Source: Bilabrum cf. latius (Eukaryota). From it: a DNA stretch of 64,000 nt. Below the pieces are notes generated by a model. It had not been told where the DNA came from. It made no database searches and worked only from the letters and a program-made list of their open reading frames with translations. Where the stretch lies: the NCBI GenBank assembly GCA_965178125.1, contig CBCXTV010000001.1, forward strand, positions 124,001 through 188,000, given 5' to 3'. This document shows, one piece after another, positions 55,789 through 64,000 of the stretch. The stretch's first letter is position 1; the number at the start of each line of letters is the position of its first letter. Made by a program: the position numbers and the translations under genes.

Positions 55789-57081
55789 ATGCTCGTGTCC
55801 TTGGCTTCGTATTTCTCCGCGTATTCTTCAAACGCGGGCGCACGTCTCCTACCGATTCGTGGTCGGTTTCCGAGGCCGATCGCGAGTCGGGAAATGCGCC
55901 CGCGATGCGCTCTCGATCTCGGAAAGGGCGGGAGTCCGTTCTTGCATTCGGAATGGGCGGGGAGTTGCTTTTCCTGGGAGCATGTGCGAGATTCCTTCTC
56001 CGCGGGTCCTCTTTCGGCTTCGGCAGTCAGCAGCGCACTCTGCGGGAACGGCATTCTCCGAGTCTCTTTGCCGATGATGTCTGAGGAGAAACCCTCCGAG
56101 AGCATTGCTGTTTCCTTGGGAGACGGCCGCAATCTTCGTGCGCGTCGAGGCGCCGGTGATATGGGAAACGAGGGCGGCATGTTGGCGCGCGAGGTCGACG
56201 CGCCGGCGGAGCACGCCGGCGCGGCGGCAAGCGTCGATGATTCGCTCGGCCCCCACATCGAGAGCGGCGGCGCGGAGGCGGCGTCCACGGGGATGCTCGG
56301 AGAGGAGAGCGGCAAGGCAGCGCCGAAGGAGGACGCCGAAGACGACGGCGGCAAGAAGACGGAGGAGGAGGATGCTCGCGGCGGTGGACGTGCTGTGGTG
56401 CCCGGAGGTAATGACGACGTATGGACCAACGCAGCAGCTTGGAAGGCGGGTGGCGGCGTGGCAGCCGGGGCGGTCTCTGGCGCTGATAGCTGGGATCAAT
56501 GGGGGACCCCTGCGAAGTCGTCATGGGGGGAGACGTACGTGCTGCGGCAGGTCGCGTCGGAGCCGGCGGAGGAGGCGACATGGACTTGCAACGCGTGCCA
56601 GTGCTGCAAGCCCCGGTCGGCGTACTTTAAGAAGTGGAAGGACTGGATCCAACCAGTTTGCCGGGTGTGTTGCGACAAGTTCGACAACGCGACGCCGTGG
56701 TGGGTGTGGTGCAAGAGCTGCAAAAACGAGTATCCGGCGTACCGATTTCCCCAGATCCGCCGGAAGAAGGAGAACTTGCGCTATTTCTTCCCTGAGGACT
56801 GGTGCGCGAAGTGCCTGGTTGCGCGTGGCTGGAGTCTCCATGATGTCCGTTCCTCTGCGGGTGAAGCGAAGCGTTGGGTGCCAAAAGCTGGCGCGAATAC
56901 CGGTGACGGCGACAACGACGCTCGTGCTCCCGCACGCGACGAGCTTCCTGCAGGAGGCGCCGCCTCCTGCAGCAACGCCGTGCGTCAGAGTTCTTCGCGT
57001 GACGAGGCCTTGGATGACATCAAGCGGGCCATGGAGCTTCTCCAGAATGCGGAAAGGTTCCTCCTCACGATGCCAGCGTGA
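55789..57081 (+). CDS. CxxC zinc-finger protein, copy 3
   Basis: Same translation as copy 1. Confidence 0.7.
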   Translation: MLVSLASYFSAYSSNAGARLLPIRGRFPRPIASREMRPRCALDLGKGGSPFLHSEWAGSCFSWEHVRDSFSAGPLSASAVSSALCGNGILRVSLPMMSEEKPSESIAVSLGDGRNLRARRGAGDMGNEGGMLAREVDAPAEHAGAAASVDDSLGPHIESGGAEAASTGMLGEESGKAAPKEDAEDDGGKKTEEEDARGGGRAVVPGGNDDVWTNAAAWKAGGGVAAGAVSGADSWDQWGTPAKSSWGETYVLRQVASEPAEEATWTCNACQCCKPRSAYFKKWKDWIQPVCRVCCDKFDNATPWWVWCKSCKNEYPAYRFPQIRRKKENLRYFFPEDWCAKCLVARGWSLHDVRSSAGEAKRWVPKAGANTGDGDNDARAPARDELPAGGAASCSNAVRQSSSRDEALDDIKRAMELLQNAERFLLTMPA

Positions 57082-58158
57082 CGCGGGAGCTTCCCGAATG
57101 GGTCCGTCGTACTGTGAGGGCGCTCCGGAAGGAAGAGCGCGAGTGAGTCATCCTTGCGCCGAGGTGAGCGCGACGTCGGAGGAGCACGGTCGTTTGATTG
57201 GGAACGATATGGTCGGCAGAGTGTGAAAATCCGAGTTTCTCGTGCAGGATTGGGCAGCTCTCTAGATATCTTGCCTGGGAAGGGTGTGATGTGGTGGGAG
57301 CGCTTCCGCCTCACGTGGCAGACGTCCACACTTCCTGGTTCCCCGGCAGGCTGTTTGGCGAGACGGAGTGGCAAAGCATCCGCCTGCTGATTCCTACTTT
57401 GTTACCTCGATTGTGAGCTCGGAGCTTGGGGCGGAGGATTCTGCGGGCAGCTCATGTGTGCCTAGAGTGTCATCCCGCGACCCTCTGACTTCTGTTCGTG
57501 GCTTTACCTCTTCGCGCAGGAAGATTCCTCATGAGGCAAGCCCGGTCCGAACTCGCGTGGGATGCCGTGCGCTGGTGCGGCTTCCACTCATCCCCGGGGT
57601 GGGGAGCGCTGGGTAAAGGATCGTCTGTCCCTGCAAGTTTCGATTCGACGAGGTGCGGCAGCATGACGCGGACCGAGGTGAAGTCCTTTGTCCGCGATAG
57701 GTCGCCGCGTCGCGCGGTGGCGACCCCACAGCGCCCCAATCCCATTCCGGAGAGGGGGTGTGATGCAGTGGGAGCCCTTCCGCCTCACGTGACAGACGTT
57801 CACACTTCCTGGTTCCCATAAGGTCTTCAGCACAGCGCATGCGAGGCAGGCTGTTCGGCGAGACGTAGTGGCATCGCCCCCGCCTGCTCATTCCTACTTT
57901 GTTACCTCGATTGTCAGCTTGGGGCTCGGGGCGGCGGATTCAGCGGGCAGCTCATGTATGCTGGAGTGTCATCCCGCGACCTCTGACTTCTGTCCGTGGC
58001 TTTACCTCTTCGCGCAGGAAGATTCCTCATGAGGCAAGCCCGGTGCGAACTCCTGTGGGATGCCGTGCGCTGGTTCGGATTCCACTCATGCCCGATGTGG
58101 GGAGCGCTAGGGTAAAGGATCGTCTGTCCCTGCAAGTTTCGATTCGGCTCGAGTCAAT

Positions 58159-58704
58159 GTGAGGAAGGAGAGGTGCGGCAGCATGACGCGGAACGAGGTG
58201 ACGTCCTTTGTCCGCGATAGGTCGCCGCGTCGCGCGGTGGCGACCCCGCAGCGCCCAAACCCCGCCCCGCCTAGTCCTCACTCGACAGCGGTGTCGAACC
58301 TGCAGCAGCGCTTCGAGAACATGCAGCAGCGTGCGGAAAGCTTGAGCGCTCAGCTGGAGTACGCCCAAAGTGTGATCAGGCTGCTCTCAGGCCTGTTGCG
58401 CGATGAGGCTCCTCGGTTCTATGCAGACTTTGATCCCGTGATTCGGCGTGCGATGTCTGGCGCAAGCGGCTCCGTTGCGGGTAGGTCTTTCCGTCTTGTG
58501 GACGGAGGCGTCATCCACGGACCTGACACAGCAGTCGCTGCTCCTCCGCGTCGTCTCATCGTTGAGGTGCGTACGGACTGGGAGATGACCGAGACTGCCT
58601 CAACTGTGCTGGATTCCTCAGGATCAGACGACATGGGTTCCGAGGACTCGCCGCCGCCGACCGTCGTCCTCCCCAGCGGCGCGGCGGGCGCCGGCGGTGC
58701 CTAG
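58159..58704 (+). CDS. Hypothetical coiled-coil protein, copy 3
   Basis: Same translation. Confidence 0.45.
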   Translation: MRKERCGSMTRNEVTSFVRDRSPRRAVATPQRPNPAPPSPHSTAVSNLQQRFENMQQRAESLSAQLEYAQSVIRLLSGLLRDEAPRFYADFDPVIRRAMSGASGSVAGRSFRLVDGGVIHGPDTAVAAPPRRLIVEVRTDWEMTETASTVLDSSGSDDMGSEDSPPPTVVLPSGAAGAGGA

Positions 58705-59242
58705 TCCTCGGCAGCTCCTGCATCGGAGCCTCCTGTCGAGATTCGATCGCGCAACGTCGTTCCTTACATTGCTTGCCGTCGCATGTGCCGGGCGGTGGTG
58801 GGTGTGCGTGTTCGCCGAAAGTTCCCGGCCTCGTCTTCCTCAGGAGAGCTCCTCGACCCGAAATTGGCAGCTCAGCGCTGCCGTGGCCGATACAGTACCC
58901 GTGCATGGCCAGTTGGCAGCTACGCGCTGCCGTTGCCAATGTCGTCCGCACGAGAGCAGAGTGGCAGCTCAGCGCAGGCGAGAAACCGCGCTCGCAATGC
59001 TGCGAGGTGTATTCAATGCTGTGCACGTGTCTATCCCGCTCCCTGGTTTTGTCTCGCTTGCGCCAGTGTGACCGCAGCAGAGCGGGTGCTTCCCGTGCGT
59101 CTTCAGCTTTGAGCACTCCTCCAGCGACAGGAAGGCATTCGCTTGCTCTCGCTCCCCGCCTGCGTCCTATCCCTCCCGGGTATCTTCAGAGGCCACAGGC
59201 AGTGCGAAGCTTGGCAGCGGGTCCGTCCGCGTCGTTTCGGCT

Positions 59243-60880
59243 GTGAGCGATCTTCTGCCCGGTTCCTCACGCGTCATAATGTCCTCTGCTTCGGTGCCGG
59301 ATCAGCTCGCACGGATCAGTAAGGAGCTGAAGTGTCTCAGAGACGCGAGACAACGGGCGCGCAATGGGCTGCGCCATCCGTGGTTGCGCGCCATGGAGGC
59401 ACAGGTCGCTGAGGTTATTCGTCATCACCCCGGCGGTGGCGAGGCAGCTCTTCGAACCTATGTCTCTCGTCAGTTGCAGAGTCGACAGGTTTCCACGCGG
59501 ACGGCTTCGCAGGAGGAGTTTCAAAGGCAGGTCGATGAGGAGGTCGCGCTCACCATGAGGCGCCCAGCTGAGGCGTGGCAGCGAAATCCTCTTCGCTCAT
59601 GTCATCGAGAGTCCGTGGCACGCGCAGAGACCTTTCTCGCCGAGGCTTCTGTCGTTGCTTGGATCGACCATGTGAACGAGCAGCGTGGGTGTGCTCCAAC
59701 TGGGAACATGGTTTTCGCCATGCTTGCGAGGATGGGCGTTCGCGCGGGGAAGGACTCGGCTCGACGGCAGTGGCTCCTGCGCTTCCGTCGTCGTTGGCGG
59801 CTTCGGCATGGCCGATTGAAGAAGCAGCCCCCGGTAACACTCGATTACGTCAGACTCGCGTGTCGTGTCTTCTATCAGTGGATTGAATTCGCAGAAGCGC
59901 GAGTGCCCCCCAACCGCCGCCTCGTCTTTGTGAATTTCGATGAGTCCAGCGTGCCCTTTGCCTTTCCGGGAATGCGCGGGTACATCGCACCGAGGTCAGG
60001 AACGGAGCCCGCTTCGCTTGGTTCGCGCACGGAGCGCCTCGCCTCGAATAGCAATCGAGGATCGTACACCTTTCTGGGTTTTATTAGCGACTGCCCGGAA
60101 ATCCAGCGACGACTCCCGCGTATACTCATCGGGAAGCACACGCGGCTGAGCAAGCGCTTGATGCGTGGGGCGCCGAACCAAATGGTGGACGGAATGGAAG
60201 TCTGGGCCCGAGAGAGCTCGTGGGTGACGCAGTCCCTCATGTTCGACATTCTGCGTCGGCTTTTCGCTTCTTGGATGGACATTCAGCATGAGATCTATCC
60301 AATAGTGATACTTGACTGCGCGCCCCAACACATTTCCACTGAGATTGTGAACTTCGCACACGGCCTTGGCATGGATCTCGTGTTTATTCCTGGTCGACTC
60401 ACCTTCCTGCTTCAGCCGTTGGACGTTCTCGTCTTTCAGCTTCTTAAGCGCGACCTTCGGGAGACGTGGATGCAGGAGCGCTCGCGTCATGAAGCGGGTC
60501 ATGTCGATGTCTCTTGCCATCTCAGGGTTGTCGCTGAGTGCACGAAGAGAGTGCTCTCGTCTGGCTCGTGGCAAGGCGCTTTCGATATGACAGGCATTAC
60601 CAGCGGCAGGCGCCGCTTGCATTCGACCCTACGGCGCTTGTTTGAGTGTGACATGGAGGACATCTCCAGCGATGCTCCGTCTGTCGACCAGCTCCGCTTC
60701 ATCAGCAGTCCGCAGCAGCCTCTCCCGCACGATGCGCTCATCAACAGGGCCCCAGTCGCGTCCGGACACGCGGTCGACGGAGGCGTCCACGGTGGTAACG
60801 CTCGCCGCGTGCCTCGTGGCCGCAGACTAAACGGATGGACCCCCCGCGATCGCGCTCACCCCTCGGCGGCCATGCCGTGA
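59243..60880 (+). CDS. pogo-family DD35D transposase, copy 3
   Basis: Same translation as 4853..6490. Confidence 0.92.
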   Translation: MSDLLPGSSRVIMSSASVPDQLARISKELKCLRDARQRARNGLRHPWLRAMEAQVAEVIRHHPGGGEAALRTYVSRQLQSRQVSTRTASQEEFQRQVDEEVALTMRRPAEAWQRNPLRSCHRESVARAETFLAEASVVAWIDHVNEQRGCAPTGNMVFAMLARMGVRAGKDSARRQWLLRFRRRWRLRHGRLKKQPPVTLDYVRLACRVFYQWIEFAEARVPPNRRLVFVNFDESSVPFAFPGMRGYIAPRSGTEPASLGSRTERLASNSNRGSYTFLGFISDCPEIQRRLPRILIGKHTRLSKRLMRGAPNQMVDGMEVWARESSWVTQSLMFDILRRLFASWMDIQHEIYPIVILDCAPQHISTEIVNFAHGLGMDLVFIPGRLTFLLQPLDVLVFQLLKRDLRETWMQERSRHEAGHVDVSCHLRVVAECTKRVLSSGSWQGAFDMTGITSGRRRLHSTLRRLFECDMEDISSDAPSVDQLRFISSPQQPLPHDALINRAPVASGHAVDGGVHGGNARRVPRGRRLNGWTPRDRAHPSAAMP

Positions 60881-61899
60881 CCTCGACCACGACCATGTCA
60901 GGGGCGAACGCGACTTCGTCAACCTCGAGCACGACCATCCCAGCGGCGAACGCGGCTTCCTCGATGGGATCCCTGACCCCGACGAAGCTTCCCCGACCTC
61001 GGCCACGTGAACCTGCAGGCGCATTCTTGCCCGATGTGCCCGCGCAGGTGGCGGCCTGCACGGCGTGGGCGCCACCGTTTCGTCGACCAGACAGCTCAGC
61101 CACTCCGGCGACGCGCGAGGCGGCAACGTCCACGTGCATCAATCCGTGGACCGCTCTCTCCTGGTATCCGACACCACCGCAGCCGACGGACCCCCCTTCC
61201 GACAGGCCTCGCGAGGTACCGAACCGGAGCTCCCGGCAGCAGCGCAGGCGTCATGCTTGGGGCGGCACGTGGGTGTTCGACGACGCCATTACGCTCAGCG
61301 ATTGCGGGTCGAGGGTGCAGATCGACGCGCCGCAGTCGAAGCTCTTGGCGATGGTCCTGCCCCGGAAGTCGGGCCAGTGGATTCCTCGTAGGCTGCGCTC
61401 GCGTACGATCTGGTATTTGGCTGGGGAGCAGTCGGCCGTGATCACCAACCTCAAGTGCCAGGCCTGCAGTCGGGTCAAGCACGCGGACAGCTTCAACCCG
61501 AAGAGCTTGCGTCGGGCTCAGTACTCGTTGCTGCATTCCCTGTGGCCCGGCTACATACGACGTACCGAGCGGTCTATTTGGTGCACGCAGTGTGCGGTGG
61601 AGGACCAGTTGATGCAGGGCAACTTTCCGGACGGCTACTGTTTCCGGATCCGCGCCACACTCGAAATTTGCCATCAAGATCGCGTCGCGGCCAAGCTGTT
61701 TGCAGTGCACGACAGTAACGCTCTCTTCGAGCAGATCCCGCTGAGCTCCCGTGCGGCCATGGACGTGGCGGAGCAGTTGCGCCGATACTGGCAGGATGCC
61801 GTGTCCTCAGACGGCCAGAGCAACATCTTCCACAGCGACCACGTTTCGACAGACGACGACTCTGAGTTCGCACCGGGCGGACCGGAGAGCGTGCCGTGA
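60835..61899 (+). CDS. 354-aa CxxC protein, copy 3
   Basis: Same translation. Confidence 0.65.
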   Translation: MDPPRSRSPLGGHAVTSTTTMSGANATSSTSSTTIPAANAASSMGSLTPTKLPRPRPREPAGAFLPDVPAQVAACTAWAPPFRRPDSSATPATREAATSTCINPWTALSWYPTPPQPTDPPSDRPREVPNRSSRQQRRRHAWGGTWVFDDAITLSDCGSRVQIDAPQSKLLAMVLPRKSGQWIPRRLRSRTIWYLAGEQSAVITNLKCQACSRVKHADSFNPKSLRRAQYSLLHSLWPGYIRRTERSIWCTQCAVEDQLMQGNFPDGYCFRIRATLEICHQDRVAAKLFAVHDSNALFEQIPLSSRAAMDVAEQLRRYWQDAVSSDGQSNIFHSDHVSTDDDSEFAPGGPESVP

Positions 61900-62220
61900 G
61901 GGACCGCAGCGACAGTAGCGTCGCTTAGGTGAGGAGCGGGTGCCAATGCTCTTTTGAAAATGGTGTGTCGTACGTACGGCAGGAGCCGTCGGTGGGAGCG
62001 GGGCGGATCCTGCGGGAAGTCGTGGAGACTGAGGGCAGAGACTCTCGGGTCGGTCAGGGTCTCATGTAACGTGCTGTTCACCGCAGAGGTATGTGCGGAT
62101 CTTGGTGGATCTCTCGAGGACATGGGTGGCATACCGTTGTGCATCCGTTCCCCGGGGGGGGCGGTCGCAGAAGAGTGCACACGAAAACAAGAGGAAAGGA
62201 GACCAACCCCCCAAACCCAC

Positions 62221-62284
62221 GTAGTGCGATCCTGGGGGGTACCCTATAAGGTACTAAGAATCCTTCTCCCGAAAATCGCACTAC
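62221..62284. promoter_or_regulatory. Stem-loop B, copy 3
   Basis: Same sequence at +54390. Confidence 0.55.
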
Positions 62285-64000
62285 CTCGGGCCACAACGTC
62301 TTGGTGGATTCCTCGAGGACATGGGTGGCATACCGTTGTGCATCCGTTCCCCGTCGCTCCCTAACGTCTTCAGTGGCAGGTTCGGAAAAGACACCTCCGT
62401 AGGCACGCGACAAGTCCCGGTGAAGCGGGCTCGCACCGCGCTGGGCGGGAGATCGTGAGCGCTTAGAGGACCGGAGCTTTCGGGCGGGTGCGTGTCTCGA
62501 CAAACTCCCTCTTGACCACGGGCGGGGAACGTGTAGGGCGGAAGCTAAAGACACCGTAAGTAGCGGAGGGCTAACATTCCGTCCTTCGGTGAGAGCCAAA
62601 AGTTCGAGTCTGCGAGAGACTATTATACGAAGTTCTCCCCTCCTCATACGTGCGCATAGCCTCCTCACGCGGTAGCGCGAGCGCGGGACCCGGACCTGTC
62701 CCTGATGGGCGTGAATCTGAACCCGGCGTACTCTCCTAGTCTGTCACTTCCACGACCTTGTTGTCGCGGAACCACTTGCACGGAGAGGAACCTGTCGTTC
62801 AAGCGGGTGCAGCCGGACGCGCAGGTGTAGTGCATCGCCTTGCATATGTGCACGGCCAAGTAGATGCCGGAACCGTAGAGGTATCACACTTCCCGCGGAG
62901 CTTGGGTGGGTCTTTCGCTGCTGTCGTCTGCTCCAGAAGGTTTGCGCCAAAAACCGGAAAACTTCTAAGACAGAGGTGGGATGCCAGGAGCTCACGGTCC
63001 TGCCGGATTGGGGAGGTCCATGCCCACGCGAGCCGGGTACGCGTCCAAATCAACGCACAGAGCGGGAGCTGAGGGCGCCAAGGACGCTCACTGTCAGGCA
63101 CACACAACGCGCACAGAATTCGTCATTTCGCGTTCAAAGCCTGCCAACGACGTGGCGCTTGGCGAAATGTGGTGGGTGGCGAAGATGTGGTACTTCGCCG
63201 TGCCTTTCTCTATGACGGCCAAGCGTGCACTCGCCATCGCGCTCGGACGCCACAGGAAGAGATCCCAGCTCGCAGCTCCGCCGCCTCATCCAGGAGTAAG
63301 GCGAAGTCGAATCGTGAATAGCGCTTCGCACCTTCACAGAGCCGAGGATCACAGATAGGCCCCGCCTCACAGAACCCAGCGCCATAGGGCAGAGCGTGAA
63401 GTACCTGGCCGCTTGGCTTGGCCGGACCCCCGCCCGCCCTCCGCCGGCAGCTCCTCCCGTCCGTCCCTATGGAGGCAGATCCGCGTACCCATGCTGCGGC
63501 GGGATCCTGACACAATCCGCTCCTCTTAGTGTGTGGCCGTGGGGCATGAGTGGAGCAGCATCGGGCCCTCACCAGCCGTGGAACGGAAGCAGCTCTCCGT
63601 GCGGCAGCTGTGCGATGCACAGACCTCGTCCCAAAGATACGGATCCATTTTGCCGTCTTCCCGCGCATACTGCATCGCTCTGCAAAACTGCATTGCGCAG
63701 TGGATCCCCGAGCGTCGACTGCCAATAGCAGGCGGCCTCGCAAGGCCTTCATGGACGCAGGATTTGGGCTTCTTCATCGTAAATTTGGGGTCTGCTCAGC
63801 GCGCGAAAATTCCAACGCTTCAAAATGATCCGGACGTCGCGAGAAGGGAACTCGTTGCTTGCTCACCTGTGCGGAGGGGTTGGATGCCCGATGTGCTAAA
63901 GAGAGGATACTGTCCGTCGGCGTTCTCTCTTCACCTTGTGCGGAAGGGTTGGGTGCCTGATTTCAGACAGAGAAGGTCTCGTCCGTTGGGAGCGCTTAGG

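Larger units (their letters stand above)
50819..62284 (+). mobile_element. Second complete copy of the putative Rep + DDE-transposase element
   Basis: Same arrangement at +27195. Confidence 0.55.
54391..64000 (+). repeat. Tandem unit copy 3 (partial, 9,610 bp)
   Basis: Matches 1..9610; one private SNP seen at 55032. Confidence 0.99.

Noticed and set aside
1-64000. Specific host assignment; rRNA, tRNA or spliced-leader genes
   Set aside because: The pogo transposase suggests a eukaryote, but no host marker or RNA gene was recognised in the sequence.

Overview
The window is a head-to-tail tandem array of a 27,195-bp GC-rich unit (positions 1, 27196 and 54391 are equivalent), about 2.35 copies. 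I saw only scattered SNPs and no indels between copies. Each unit carries uninterrupted + strand ORFs for five kinds of protein: (i) a CRESS-type rolling-circle Rep (HUH endonuclease + superfamily 3 helicase, geminivirus/genomovirus-like), (ii) a pogo-family DD35D transposase, (iii) three CxxC zinc-finger proteins, (iv) a 910-aa protein with GT25-like glycosyltransferase motifs, and (v) two small coiled-coil proteins. I recognised no capsid gene. Two diverged direct copies of a stem-loop (GTAGTGCGA...TCGCACTAC) bracket an ~11.4-kb Rep-ZnF-ZnF-transposase-ZnF module, and one copy is followed by iteron-like GAGCACTAC repeats. The rest of the unit contains a ~6.5-kb patchwork of fragments of the unit's own genes, a hairpin with 97-bp arms homologous to the glycosyltransferase gene, and a higher-order 54-bp satellite. 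My best inference is an unusual eukaryotic mobile element coupling rolling-circle replication to a DDE transposase, amplified as a concatemer. Family calls rest on motifs read by eye; no database search was run and the host cannot be determined.
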